Below are positions 1 to 12,835 of a DNA stretch of 64,000 bases, piece by piece (within the stretch, counting starts at the first letter, position 1; each line of letters opens with the position of its first letter). A program made the translations under genes and the position numbers. Origin of the DNA: Promethearchaeota archaeon (GTDB taxonomy: Archaea > Asgardarchaeota > Lokiarchaeia > Sigyniarchaeales > SOKP01); contig JBHLLT010000016.1 of assembly GCA_048938855.1 (NCBI GenBank), positions 123 through 64,122 of the forward strand, in the 5' to 3' direction. The notes under the pieces were generated by a model. It was not told where the DNA came from. It worked only from the letters and a program-made list of their open reading frames with translations, and did not search any database.

Positions 1-1
1 T

Positions 2-139
2 GCAGCAGAAGCTTTAGATAAATTAATTAATTTCTTAGAAATGAGTGCGGCTACAGCAACTAAAGAAGCTATGAAAGTTTGTAAAGCGGACAAACGTAAG
101 CGAGTAACCGCGGCAGATATCCGAAATGCTACAAGATAG
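2..139 (+). CDS. archaeal histone (histone-fold protein), C-terminal part; the 5' end lies outside the window
   Basis: Frame 2 reads AAEALDKLINFLEMSAATATKEAMKVCKADKRKRVTAADIRNATR, with TAG at 137-139. The K.DKRKRVTAADI end resembles the loop2/alpha3 region of HMf-type archaeal histones. It is absent from the ORF track because no start codon lies in the window. Confidence 0.6.
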   Translation, partial: AAEALDKLINFLEMSAATATKEAMKVCKADKRKRVTAADIRNATR

Positions 140-164
140 GCACTTCAGATATACATAATTAAGA

Positions 165-173
165 TTTTTTTTT
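165..173 (+). terminator. oligo(T) tract downstream of the histone gene (archaeal-type terminator candidate)
   Basis: A T9 run begins 26 nt after the histone stop codon. Archaeal RNA polymerase terminates at oligo-T. The AT-rich background lowers specificity. Confidence 0.35.
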
Positions 174-188
174 CCTTTTTATTTGATC

Positions 189-719
189 CTAATAATTCCC
201 AAAGAACTCTTTAGTTAGATACTTATTAATATTACTCTCCAATTTCTTTTTAACAGCATTCAATCCCTCTGGTAACACTCGTGTTTCACCAACAATGTCT
301 ATAAAACCCAGCTCTGAACCATATCTAGGTACTATGTGAAAGTGTAAATGTTCAATACTACCCCCAGCATCTCTTCCTTCATTCATACCTATATTATAAC
401 CTTTTGGGTTGTATAAATCATTAACTAATAGTTGTAAACCTTGAATTGTCCGGAAAATGTGAAGGATCTCAGATTTTGTAAGTTCAAGGAATTTCATTTT
501 ATGTTGGGAGGTAGCTACTAATAAATGAGCAGGATTGTATGGATAAAGATTAAGAACTACAAAACAAATTTTATCTTCATAAATTTTTAATGAGGTAACT
601 CGTTCATCATTATCTCTCACTGAACATAGAATGCATTCGACATTAGGTCTTGCTTTTCCTTGAACATAGTCTAATTTTCCAAGAGCCTGTAGCCATTTTT
701 TAAAGATTTTTCTCACCAA
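189..719 (-). CDS. HIT (histidine triad) family nucleotide hydrolase/transferase
   Basis: 176 aa ORF with the histidine-triad motif HLHFHIVPR near the C-terminus and an upstream CILC pair. Confidence 0.8.
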   Translation of the reverse strand: MVRKIFKKWLQALGKLDYVQGKARPNVECILCSVRDNDERVTSLKIYEDKICFVVLNLYPYNPAHLLVATSQHKMKFLELTKSEILHIFRTIQGLQLLVNDLYNPKGYNIGMNEGRDAGGSIEHLHFHIVPRYGSELGFIDIVGETRVLPEGLNAVKKKLESNINKYLTKEFFGNY

Positions 720-736
720 AAGTTTTAAAATGGTAA

Positions 737-1285
737 CTATGAATACAAAGAAAAGTTAGAATCTGAGTCGAAATCTTTAGATTTTAATAAATCTTCTGGT
801 TTTACTTTTCCAGCGCAATATTCTGACAAAATGATATTACTATAAGCTGCACAATTAAATACCTTTCGAACGGTTTTGAAAAATGAATTCTTAGAAACAA
901 TTTCATTTTTATCAAGAAAAAACTGATCAATTATTTCATATCTGTTGTATTTTATATCTATTCTAAAAAAAACATCTTTCAACAGAAATGCCTTTCTTAA
1001 ATCCATATAAAAATTCATTTTCTTATTCATTTCCAAAGAATCTAAAGCTTTTACATGTGGATCTGAAATTTGAAGGCCTAAACTCACAATAAGTAAGTTT
1101 TTGTCTTTCGGTTTAAATACTACCATACTCCTACCGACTTGCCGTCCTAACGGATCCTTCCCAGGAGGAAAAATGAATTGATAACCAAATTCTACTTTCG
1201 AATCAGAAATTTTTCCTCGTAATAGCCCCTCATCTAACAAATAATCATGTATTACTTGTTTGATTTTACTCTCTTTGCTTGACAT
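737..1285 (-). CDS. hypothetical protein
   Basis: 182 aa ORF packed tightly between neighbouring minus-strand genes. No motif recognised. Confidence 0.5.
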   Translation of the reverse strand: MSSKESKIKQVIHDYLLDEGLLRGKISDSKVEFGYQFIFPPGKDPLGRQVGRSMVVFKPKDKNLLIVSLGLQISDPHVKALDSLEMNKKMNFYMDLRKAFLLKDVFFRIDIKYNRYEIIDQFFLDKNEIVSKNSFFKTVRKVFNCAAYSNIILSEYCAGKVKPEDLLKSKDFDSDSNFSLYS

Positions 1286-1350
1286 GATAATTCAGTAATG
1301 ATAAGAATGAAGTCAATTTTATATTATTTTCTAAGAAAATATTTATATTT

Positions 1351-1704
1351 TTAATACTTTCCATGCGGTCGTGGCTGAGGCTCAATTCCCGCTGATTTTA
1401 ATACATTTATATTACTTATTAAATCTTCTAAAGGAGTACAAAAAATTACTTGAAGAGATTCAAAATCAATATAGATCTTGCCAACAATACCTAAACCCAT
1501 TAAGTGGTTATCCTTATCAACATAAGTATGATCTATATTCATTTTAATAGCTTTTTTACCTCCTTCAAGTTCTACTAAAGAGGGTTGGCACGCTGTAAAT
1601 CCAGGACCTCGATTTTGAACTAAATAATTCATTAAGGCAAAATCCAACTCATCATTGATTTCACCTTGTTCTTGTATGATTTTAATTATGGTTGGATCTT
1701 CCAT
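1351..1704 (-). CDS. hypothetical protein
   Basis: 117 aa ORF on the same strand as its neighbours. No motif recognised. Confidence 0.45.
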   Translation of the reverse strand: MEDPTIIKIIQEQGEINDELDFALMNYLVQNRGPGFTACQPSLVELEGGKKAIKMNIDHTYVDKDNHLMGLGIVGKIYIDFESLQVIFCTPLEDLISNINVLKSAGIEPQPRPHGKY

Positions 1705-1811
1705 CTTAACAAAATATCTTTTATTTAGATAAAATGAGTAGAACTAGTTTTTATTTTTTTGCATAGTCATAATTAAAAAAAAAATAAAGGTTTATGGTTT
1801 ATTGGATTAGA

Positions 1812-2066
1812 TTAATCTTTTTCTTCACAAATTACAGAATCAACAGAATGTAAAGCACAGTTCATCGAGCTTAACACTTCTGTAACTTCTTCAAGTGAGA
1901 GATTAGTCCCTTCAATATTTACGTGCAAAGATGCAGTTTTTTGATCTAACTCATCAACTTTTATTTGAACTTTTGTCACTCCAGTAATTTTCATTAAAGT
2001 GTGGGCGACTAAATCAACTCCAGGTTGATGAGGTTTTAGAACATCTAGATAATATTCTACTCTCAT
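1812..2066 (-). CDS. DUF211-like small archaeal protein
   Basis: 84 aa. The pattern LDVLKPH.P......A..L....GV..V.I.V.E.D..T....V.IEG..L..E.V......M...LHSVD resembles the COG1888/DUF211 family, as recalled from memory. Confidence 0.5.
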   Translation of the reverse strand: MRVEYYLDVLKPHQPGVDLVAHTLMKITGVTKVQIKVDELDQKTASLHVNIEGTNLSLEEVTEVLSSMNCALHSVDSVICEEKD

Positions 2067-2140
2067 TATTTTAATTTAAACCTTAGAATATAATTATTCA
2101 ATAATCGTATAGTAGATACTTTATAATTTCATTTGTTAAT

Positions 2141-2818
2141 TTATAAAAGTTTCTCAATTTCTTTAATTATTTCTTGGGGTATTTCGTTTTCTTTAATAAG
2201 TTTATTAGCTTTTTGGAGTGTTTCAATATTAGCTATACTAGTAAGAAGTGCTATAGAATAGGCACCTACATTAATTGCTGCCTCAATATCGCGAATATTA
2301 TCTCCAATTACTAAAATTTCATTAGGACTTACATTTAAATGATTACAGATTTGAATTAAATGATCAGGATGAGGTTTTAGATTTGTAACACTATCTCTAC
2401 CTAAAATAATATTAAAATATTGTATTAAATTCACAGTTTTAAGAGAAAGCTCAGCATTTTTCTTTGTATTAAATGTAAAAATAGCCTGTTTAAGTTTTTT
2501 GGTTTTTGCGTATTCTAATACCTTATCTATGCCATTAATCATTGTAGCATTAAGAGCTGCTTTTTGTTCTATTTTACTGATCTCTGTATCTACTTCTTCT
2601 ATAATTGAATTTATTTTTTCTTTAGTATAACCTTTTTTTTTAAAGTATTCTCTTGCCAATTTCATATTTTCTAAGATAGATATTTTAACTGTAAGGAGAC
2701 GTTTAGGAACACCATAGTTTTTTAAAATGTTAATAGACATTCTTCGAGCTTTTAAATAATCAATTTTAAAATGAATCAACGTCCCATCAAGGTCCCAAAC
2801 AATTGCTTTTAATGGCAT
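2141..2818 (-). CDS. HAD-superfamily hydrolase (phosphatase)
   Basis: 225 aa with HAD motif I (VWDLDGTLI) at the N-terminus and a later GDN..D acid motif. Confidence 0.8.
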   Translation of the reverse strand: MPLKAIVWDLDGTLIHFKIDYLKARRMSINILKNYGVPKRLLTVKISILENMKLAREYFKKKGYTKEKINSIIEEVDTEISKIEQKAALNATMINGIDKVLEYAKTKKLKQAIFTFNTKKNAELSLKTVNLIQYFNIILGRDSVTNLKPHPDHLIQICNHLNVSPNEILVIGDNIRDIEAAINVGAYSIALLTSIANIETLQKANKLIKENEIPQEIIKEIEKLL

Positions 2819-2830
2819 TTTTTGTTCTAT

Positions 2831-3415
2831 TTAATAAATCAAGTCAGAGTATATTGGGCCACTAGGAGTAAGCTGGGATTTTTTTAGTTTTACTTTATTA
2901 ATATTAAAGGCTCCAAACTCTAAATTTTTATTTTCATTAATTAAATTTTTAAGTGGGTTAAAAGTTTTATAATTTATTTTGTTTTTTTTAAGCCTCCCAA
3001 TAGTTAGATGCGGTTCGAACTTAATTCTTTTATCCCGCTCAATCTTTAATTTAGTGAAAAGGCAATCTTCTATAGTATTCTTAACATTTTGTAAGAATTG
3101 TATGTCACCTATAATTTTTATCCATAAAACAGAAAATTTGTTAAATTGACCAGCACCTTTCAAAAAAAATTTAAAATTTTTTTCTTGAAACAATTTTTCA
3201 TTAATATCTTTCTGCAAAATCTCGTAAATTTTAGGTGCTAATTGTTCAGGTATATCTCCTAAAAATTTCATAGTGATGTGGAGATTCTTAGGCTCAACAA
3301 TCTTAATATTTGGCTGATTTTGCTTCAATCTTTGAGAGAATGCTTTAATTTTTTCAATTGTATCAGCATCTTTTAATTCAATAGCTATAAACGATCTTAT
3401 CATTTTTTTCCCCAA
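2831..3415 (-). CDS. thpR: 2H phosphoesterase / RNA 2',3'-cyclic phosphodiesterase (LigT/ThpR-like)
   Basis: Two H-x-T-x motifs (HITMKFLG and HLTIGRL) at the spacing typical of the 2H family. The true start may be the second Met (MIRSF, at 3403), which abuts the upstream gene's stop codon. Confidence 0.75.
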   Translation of the reverse strand: MGKKMIRSFIAIELKDADTIEKIKAFSQRLKQNQPNIKIVEPKNLHITMKFLGDIPEQLAPKIYEILQKDINEKLFQEKNFKFFLKGAGQFNKFSVLWIKIIGDIQFLQNVKNTIEDCLFTKLKIERDKRIKFEPHLTIGRLKKNKINYKTFNPLKNLINENKNLEFGAFNINKVKLKKSQLTPSGPIYSDLIY

Positions 3416-4533
3416 TAATTATATATTCTCCATTTTTTTTCTTTTAATTGTTTTTTATGTTCTGGAATAATATGAACCTCATTTAAGTCTTCTATTGTTG
3501 AAGATTTTATAATTTTAATTATATCGTTTAAAAAAAGGATATTCATTTTAGCACGAGTATTTGCATCGGCTGAGGCATTATGTGGAAGTAGAATCATTCT
3601 TATATTTGGTTGATTTTCTTTTATTTTTTTTAATCTCATAAGAATTTTAGAATCAATTGGCTCTTCTGGAAATACATCAAAAGCAATATTTATTTGAATT
3701 TCTTTATTCTCTAACATATTTATTAAGGCTTCTAAATCTAAGACTCCTCCTCGAGCAGTATTTATTAGTAAAGAATCTTTTTTCATTAACTTCAATAAAT
3801 TTTTGCTTATTAAATTGTCGGTATACATATTTAAAGGTATATGGATGCTAATAACATCTGATTCTCTAAAAAGGTCTTCAAGAGACTCTTTAAACTCGAT
3901 TAATGGATGATCCTTTTCAAATTCTTTCTTCTGATTATGATCGTAATAAATAGTATTGACTCCCCAAGGATATAGTTTGGATACTACACTCTTGCCAATT
4001 TCACCCAATCCTACTATACCAAGGGTTTTATCTCTAATTATGGAAGAAAGTGACTGATCCAAATCCCATTTATCATCTGGAGCCCAATTTCCATTCCAAA
4101 CATAATTATGGAGATTCAGTAGATTCCTTAAATTTGCCATAATCAGAGCGACAGTGTAATCTGCAACTGTCTCATGTAGAACACCAGGGGTATGAGTTAT
4201 CAATATATCATCTTCTTCAATTCTATGTATATGATTATATCCTGCTGTTGAAGTCGCAACAGCAAATAGTTGAGAATTTTTTAAGACATCTGCAGAAATT
4301 TCGTGACTTAGGTGGCATCCAAGAATATCTGGATTAAACTCCTCCACTTCTTTCTTGATCTGTGTCTCTGAAGGGAATCGACCATTGAAAATTTTAACAA
4401 TAGCATTTTTTTCTAAAGAAAACCATAAATTTTTAATTTCATTTCGTAATTCCAAGGAAATTTTCTCATTTGAGCCAATTTCCTTGTCTATGAAAACATT
4501 TGAAGTAAAGAAAATCTTGGGTTTATATAACAT
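3400..4533 (-). CDS. D-isomer-specific 2-hydroxyacid dehydrogenase family protein
   Basis: NAD-binding motif GIVGLGEIGKSV, NTARGGVLD and DVFPEEP are typical of the D-2-hydroxyacid dehydrogenase / glyoxylate reductase family. Confidence 0.8.
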   Translation of the reverse strand: MLYKPKIFFTSNVFIDKEIGSNEKISLELRNEIKNLWFSLEKNAIVKIFNGRFPSETQIKKEVEEFNPDILGCHLSHEISADVLKNSQLFAVATSTAGYNHIHRIEEDDILITHTPGVLHETVADYTVALIMANLRNLLNLHNYVWNGNWAPDDKWDLDQSLSSIIRDKTLGIVGLGEIGKSVVSKLYPWGVNTIYYDHNQKKEFEKDHPLIEFKESLEDLFRESDVISIHIPLNMYTDNLISKNLLKLMKKDSLLINTARGGVLDLEALINMLENKEIQINIAFDVFPEEPIDSKILMRLKKIKENQPNIRMILLPHNASADANTRAKMNILFLNDIIKIIKSSTIEDLNEVHIIPEHKKQLKEKKWRIYNYWGKK

Positions 4534-4658
4534 ATAAATATCCTATACTATTGAAGTTTTGATTATTTGATAATCTATAATTTTTGTATTTTTACTATTC
4601 TTAATATTTATTAAAATAGAATTTACTTTATTATTAAAAAATATAATAGTGGTAATAA

Positions 4659-4805
4659 ATGGCTAAAGTTAAATGTCAACTATGTGGAAAAGAGATAATT
4701 GGAGGAGCAAAAGTTCTACATTTTGACTTAGATGAATCTACTACTATTCATGTATTTTGCTCAGAAATTTGTAAAAACAAGTGGATCAATAAAAACAACA
4801 AATAG
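4659..4805 (+). CDS. small zinc-finger protein (CxxC...CxxxC), 48 aa
   Basis: Not in the ORF track because it is under 60 aa. ATG at 4659 gives MAKVKCQLCGKEIIGGAKVLHFDLDESTTIHVFCSEICKNKWINKNNK with TAG at 4803-4805. It has four Cys in a TRASH/zinc-ribbon-like arrangement and fills an otherwise empty gap. Confidence 0.35.
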   Translation: MAKVKCQLCGKEIIGGAKVLHFDLDESTTIHVFCSEICKNKWINKNNK

Positions 4806-4824
4806 AAAAAAAAATATTAGCATT

Positions 4825-5787
4825 TTATCTTTCAATTTTTCCGGGAAGATAATAGTCGTATTTTTTTCTCAATAATTTAGTCTTAATAAATCTATCAAAT
4901 TTTCTCATCCTTTGGTAGAGTGACCAAATAAATTTATCAGATTTATAATATTTATGAACTTCTTCAAATGTTAAAGGTTCTATATTAAAATTTCTAGCTT
5001 CTTCCTTTAAGAACGTATTAACAATCTTTATTAAAGAAGAGATTAATTCGGATTTCTGTTCTTTAAAAAAATTTGCCACAAGATCTATTATCACTAACCT
5101 CCAATCATAATACCTATCAATCAAATCTTGTAGGAAAATTAGTTTTAAGAGCCCTCTTATGAAACTTGGCATACTTTTAGTAAGTAATTCAATTTCCATT
5201 GCCTCGGCTCCATTTTTACGATAAAATGGTGGAACTGTATCTATATAAATTAATTGTGAATTCTCGTCAACTTTAGGGTTATTTGAATCATAATTAAGTA
5301 CCGCAAAGTTTGATATTTGTCCATCTAATCCAACATCAAAAATTTCGTTTTCTTTATTAAAAGTCCAAACTTTTTTCATCTCTCTTAATGCTTTAAGTAC
5401 CAAAACTTCAATATCATGCACTCCAACTTCATGGATTACTTTATTCCCAACTGATTCAGAAGGTATTTTTTCTTGTATTGCATAAAAAATGATTTTTCCT
5501 TCCTCGCTTTCAAACCAAGTAATCTCGAATGGTGGCGTTTTAATGTTTATTTCTTCATTTAGAAATCTATTATATTCTCTGAATATGTGTTCATGTTTTT
5601 TAGCTTGTTCACGTGTTTCAAAGATAGGCAACCTTTTATATGCATAATTATGTTCATCATTGACAATTTCAAAGACTAAAGTAATTTCTCCATAACCAAG
5701 TATTTTAATGGGCACTTTTCCTCTTTCAGGATTTACTGTATCAATTGTTAATTCCAATTCTTTTAATAAATCAATATTCACATCCAT
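4825..5787 (-). CDS. hypothetical protein
   Basis: 320 aa ORF. The N-terminal ILGYGEITLVFEI....YAYKRLP faintly resembles a glycine-loop plus Lys of a kinase-like fold, but this is not verifiable here. Confidence 0.5.
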   Translation of the reverse strand: MDVNIDLLKELELTIDTVNPERGKVPIKILGYGEITLVFEIVNDEHNYAYKRLPIFETREQAKKHEHIFREYNRFLNEEINIKTPPFEITWFESEEGKIIFYAIQEKIPSESVGNKVIHEVGVHDIEVLVLKALREMKKVWTFNKENEIFDVGLDGQISNFAVLNYDSNNPKVDENSQLIYIDTVPPFYRKNGAEAMEIELLTKSMPSFIRGLLKLIFLQDLIDRYYDWRLVIIDLVANFFKEQKSELISSLIKIVNTFLKEEARNFNIEPLTFEEVHKYYKSDKFIWSLYQRMRKFDRFIKTKLLRKKYDYYLPGKIER

Positions 5788-5802
5788 AATAAATCAATTT
5801 AG

Positions 5803-9096
<3,294 letters not shown>

Positions 9097-9160
9097 AAAT
9101 ATATATTCAATAAAAACCAAATAAAAAACAGCTTTTATTGTTAAAAGATTAGGTTGGTAA

Positions 9161-9979
9161 TTGCAAATGGCTCGTCCTTTGTGGTTTGTAAAATTGTTAA
9201 AAAAAGCATTTCCAAATGTCAAATTTATTGCAAAACTTACGAATTTACCAATCCTTGGAAAGGTATTTGATCATTTCCTATTTAAAGATGATGATATTAT
9301 TTATCTCCCTCAAGATAAAGTAATAGAGGTTAATAAATCATTGGGAGAATATAGTGAATTCGTATTACCTTCTCAAGTATTAAAATATTTCATCGATAAA
9401 GCGAATTATCATTGGATTATGAATTTTTGTATTTGCAGATCTAGTATGAAATGTGAAAATTACCCAATCGATTTAGGATGTCTTTTTCTTGGAGAAGCGG
9501 TTTTAAATATCAATCCACAATTAGGAAGGTTAGTTACTAAAGAAGAAGCTTTAATGTATATAAAAAAGTGTCAAGATGCAGGATTAGTACACATGATTGG
9601 AAAAAATAAATTAGATGCCCAATGGCTTGGTGTAAAACCGGGAGAAAAGCTATTAAGTATATGTAATTGTGATCCTTGCTGTTGTTTATGGCGAATATCT
9701 CCAGTTATAGCCCCGAAAATAGGATCTAAAGTTAAAAAAATGCCTGGAGTTAATTTTCAAGTGAATAATGAATGTATTGGATGTGGAAAATGTAAAGATA
9801 CATGCTTTGTCAAAGCTATCGAGATTATAAACAAAAAAGCCTTTATTAGCAAAAATTGTAAGGGCTGTGGTCGATGTGTTGAAATCTGCCCACAAAATGC
9901 AATAGATATAATAATCGAAGATGAAAATTATATAAAGAAATCAATTGAAGAAATTGATAAAATAATTGATGTTGCTTGA
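9161..9979 (+). CDS. 4Fe-4S dicluster domain-containing protein
   Basis: The C-terminus carries two ferredoxin-type motifs, CIGCGKCKDTC and CKGCGRCVEICP. There are additional Cys clusters upstream. Confidence 0.7.
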   Translation: MQMARPLWFVKLLKKAFPNVKFIAKLTNLPILGKVFDHFLFKDDDIIYLPQDKVIEVNKSLGEYSEFVLPSQVLKYFIDKANYHWIMNFCICRSSMKCENYPIDLGCLFLGEAVLNINPQLGRLVTKEEALMYIKKCQDAGLVHMIGKNKLDAQWLGVKPGEKLLSICNCDPCCCLWRISPVIAPKIGSKVKKMPGVNFQVNNECIGCGKCKDTCFVKAIEIINKKAFISKNCKGCGRCVEICPQNAIDIIIEDENYIKKSIEEIDKIIDVA

Positions 9980-9989
9980 CTTTAAAGAG

Positions 9990-11447
9990 TTATATTTTCT
10001 TATCCCAGAAGAAATTTTTAAGTTTTAAATTATCTACTCTTGTCCTTTCTTTTAATGCAGATACTGCTTGAACTGTTTCTTTAATAGAATGAAAAACAGG
10101 GATATGAGCCAATTCTAATGATTCTATTATTAGACTATACTTTGGGACATAGGGAACAAAACACACGATAGGTTTATTTTTGTAAGATATTATATTTGCT
10201 ATTCTTCTCCCTATTTGAAATGAAATATTTGGAGGATATGGGAGTAACAATAGTATAATACACTCAATTTTCTCTAAATCTGACAAATACCTAATAACAT
10301 TTTCAATATCAGTATCTAATACTGAACCAGTTAAATCAATAGGATTATTAAAAGAAGCTATTTCTCGAGCGGTTGGATTCATTAGTTCTTTTAAATCATT
10401 TCTTTCTTGGTGTGTAAATCTTACAGCATTTAAACCATACATCTTTAACATATCACTTGCTAGGACAGCATGACCTCCTGAAACTGAAACAATTGCTACA
10501 TCTCCATAGGTAATAACGTTTTTCCCAAATGGATTTCTTTTATTTGCTAATACATCATATACTTTTAAGCAGGTTAATAGCTCTCTTTCCGAATGTGGTT
10601 GAATTACATAATTTTGCCTTAAAGCATTATACACTATTTTAAAATTCCCTGCTAAACTTGCTGTATGTGATTGGGTAGCTATCTTACCCTCTCTCGTTTT
10701 ACCACCAAAGAACACTATTACTGTATCTTCTGATTTTTTTGCTATTTGTAGAAATTCTCTAGCCCTACCTTCCTTAAACCCTTCTAAATAGAAAGCAATA
10801 TTTGATGTTTCAGGATCTACTTGACTGAAATATTCTAATAGCATCGATTCATCAACTACTGCACGATTGCCAATAGAAACAGCTGTTGATACTCCTATGT
10901 GTCTTTCGCTAAACTTCACAAAGAATTGGTCAACGAGGACGCCTCCTGATTGACTAATTAATGCTACAGAGCCTTTTGGAGGTCGAGTGATACGCTCCGT
11001 AGGTAAAAATATGGTATCGACTATGGGAGGTGCGTATACACCAAGACAATTTGGTCCTAAAACAGCAATATCATTCTCAAATGCAATTTTTTCGAGTTCT
11101 TCTTGTCTTTTTTTCCCTTTTCCACCAATTTCAGCAAATCCCCCTCCAATTATAACAGCTGCTGGAATATTCAAATCAACACAATCTTGAATATATCCTA
11201 ATGTATCATCAGGACCAACCGCTATTACAAGCAAGTCTGGTATTTCTGGTAACTTATCTAATTTTTCATAAAGCTGGATTCCCTCAATATCCCCACCATT
11301 AGGATAAATTCCATAGACTTTTACATTCATTTCGAATTCGTTTTTCAGTAAAACTATTCTTCCAGGGCTTAAAGGATTTTTTTTGCTAACACCAACAACA
11401 GCCATTGATTTGGGTTTGAAAAGTTTTTCTAAATCCATTTTAGACAA
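9990..11447 (-). CDS. ADP-forming acyl/acetyl-CoA synthetase, alpha-type (CoA-binding + CoA-ligase domains)
   Basis: 485 aa. N-terminal CoA-binding fold (PKSMAVVGVSKKNP), NCLG, ISQSGG and the phosphohistidine loop SHTASLAG are typical of the NDP-forming acyl-CoA synthetase alpha domain. Confidence 0.75.
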   Translation of the reverse strand: MSKMDLEKLFKPKSMAVVGVSKKNPLSPGRIVLLKNEFEMNVKVYGIYPNGGDIEGIQLYEKLDKLPEIPDLLVIAVGPDDTLGYIQDCVDLNIPAAVIIGGGFAEIGGKGKKRQEELEKIAFENDIAVLGPNCLGVYAPPIVDTIFLPTERITRPPKGSVALISQSGGVLVDQFFVKFSERHIGVSTAVSIGNRAVVDESMLLEYFSQVDPETSNIAFYLEGFKEGRAREFLQIAKKSEDTVIVFFGGKTREGKIATQSHTASLAGNFKIVYNALRQNYVIQPHSERELLTCLKVYDVLANKRNPFGKNVITYGDVAIVSVSGGHAVLASDMLKMYGLNAVRFTHQERNDLKELMNPTAREIASFNNPIDLTGSVLDTDIENVIRYLSDLEKIECIILLLLPYPPNISFQIGRRIANIISYKNKPIVCFVPYVPKYSLIIESLELAHIPVFHSIKETVQAVSALKERTRVDNLKLKNFFWDKKI

Positions 11448-11551
11448 AACAATATTATTGAGTATATTAGTTTAAGATTGTAAAATATTTATTTTTGCCC
11501 AAGTGTAGAATTTTAGCAAAAAAAATTTTTTAAATTTAGAAAAAAAGAAAT

Positions 11552-12517
11552 TTAATCTTTAGTGATATCTCTGAAAATGTTTACAAATGCTTTGACATCT
11601 TTATTAATGAAATAAATGTCCAGTGGATTTTCCCTTTTTAAAGCAAGCAAATAATATGGAGCTGCAGTTTCGTCTAACATTATTGGTTTAAATAAGAAAT
11701 AATTATCTGATCTCCTAACAACAATCTGGTCCTCTTGTTTTTCTAACACCATGTCCGAAAATACGTCATTAAGTGTTAAAAAATAGGCAATTGTACTACT
11801 CAATATATGTTTTGAGTTATCGTCTTTAAAATAAGAGCCTATGATAATCGAGTTTTTATCTATTATCATTAAACCGTCACAGACTAATTTCCGTGCAAAT
11901 TCCTGAACAGTCTTTTGTATTAATTGGGTTTTAGGATATAACTCCAACAAGATCTTAGACATAGCATTTATGATTGTGTAGGGATCGTAAACAGAGGTGA
12001 TAAAGAAATTTATCTTCTTGTAATTCAGTGTCTCTATTATGCCATTTTTTAGGTCTTCTATTTGATTCCGTATTTCTTTTTTTACAGATTGGATTAATTT
12101 AGGATCATATTTGTGAAAGAAAATATTAACATAAGGTTCAATATTTAATTCAACAAACTTCTGGACTACATCATATAAATAACTTATAGATTCATGTATT
12201 CGAGAAGCATCTAAAATATCTATTACATAAATAGCAATTTCTGTGTCATCAAAATATTTACCAGGATTTCTTAAATACGAAATGAGATAACTTTTTTGAC
12301 CCCCAAGATCCCATTCACTAATTTCTCTTCCTAATAATTTAAAGGTTCTTCTTTGAGCGCCTCTTGTTGGTTCAATTAAAGCTATTGTTGAGAAGTCTCT
12401 CTGAAGTGCTAAGATAATACTTGTTTTGCCAGCGCTGTCTAAGCCAGTAAAAAGAATTTTGTGAGTCTTTTCTTCAGTTGGTTCTTCTTTATGAAAAAAT
12501 TGTAAAGAATCCTCCAA
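11552..12517 (-). CDS. Arf/Rag(Gtr)-like small GTPase with C-terminal roadblock-like domain
   Basis: G1 is GLDSAGKTS (Arf-like), G3 is WDLGGQ and G4 is HKYD (Rag/Gtr-type HKxD). The post-GTPase segment FFITSVYDPYTIINAMSKILLELYP...DGLMIIDKNSIIIG parallels the RagA junction (F.TSIWD..LYKAWS.IV..LIP...DEV.LFE..TFLVI), as recalled from memory. Confidence 0.75.
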   Translation of the reverse strand: MEDSLQFFHKEEPTEEKTHKILFTGLDSAGKTSIILALQRDFSTIALIEPTRGAQRRTFKLLGREISEWDLGGQKSYLISYLRNPGKYFDDTEIAIYVIDILDASRIHESISYLYDVVQKFVELNIEPYVNIFFHKYDPKLIQSVKKEIRNQIEDLKNGIIETLNYKKINFFITSVYDPYTIINAMSKILLELYPKTQLIQKTVQEFARKLVCDGLMIIDKNSIIIGSYFKDDNSKHILSSTIAYFLTLNDVFSDMVLEKQEDQIVVRRSDNYFLFKPIMLDETAAPYYLLALKRENPLDIYFINKDVKAFVNIFRDITKD

Positions 12518-12835
12518 ATAGATTTTACCTCTTTTATCCTTAATAAAATGAAATATAAATATAAATATAAATGTATATTTCTGCTTAGGATAATATAGTT
12601 GGTTTTGTATTTAAATTTATTTTTGGCTAATTTTTAAAACCATTGTTAAGGTAAAAGCAAAGTCTTCCTTTTTAATGATATAGTAAACTCTTGAATAAGA
12701 AGATTTTAATTTGGTTAGATTGCTAATAGTTAAAAATTGATAGCAGGCAAATTCTTTTTCTCGTTTTTTAAAATTAAATGTTTATTAAGGGATAAAGAGA
12801 AATATTATCACTTTAATAAATTTTAAAAATCTAAA

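Noticed and set aside
12551-12575. The (ATAAAT)n-like microsatellite in the divergent intergenic region was considered as a possible regulatory repeat.
   Set aside because: It is very short and indistinguishable from background low complexity in approximately 70% AT intergenic DNA.
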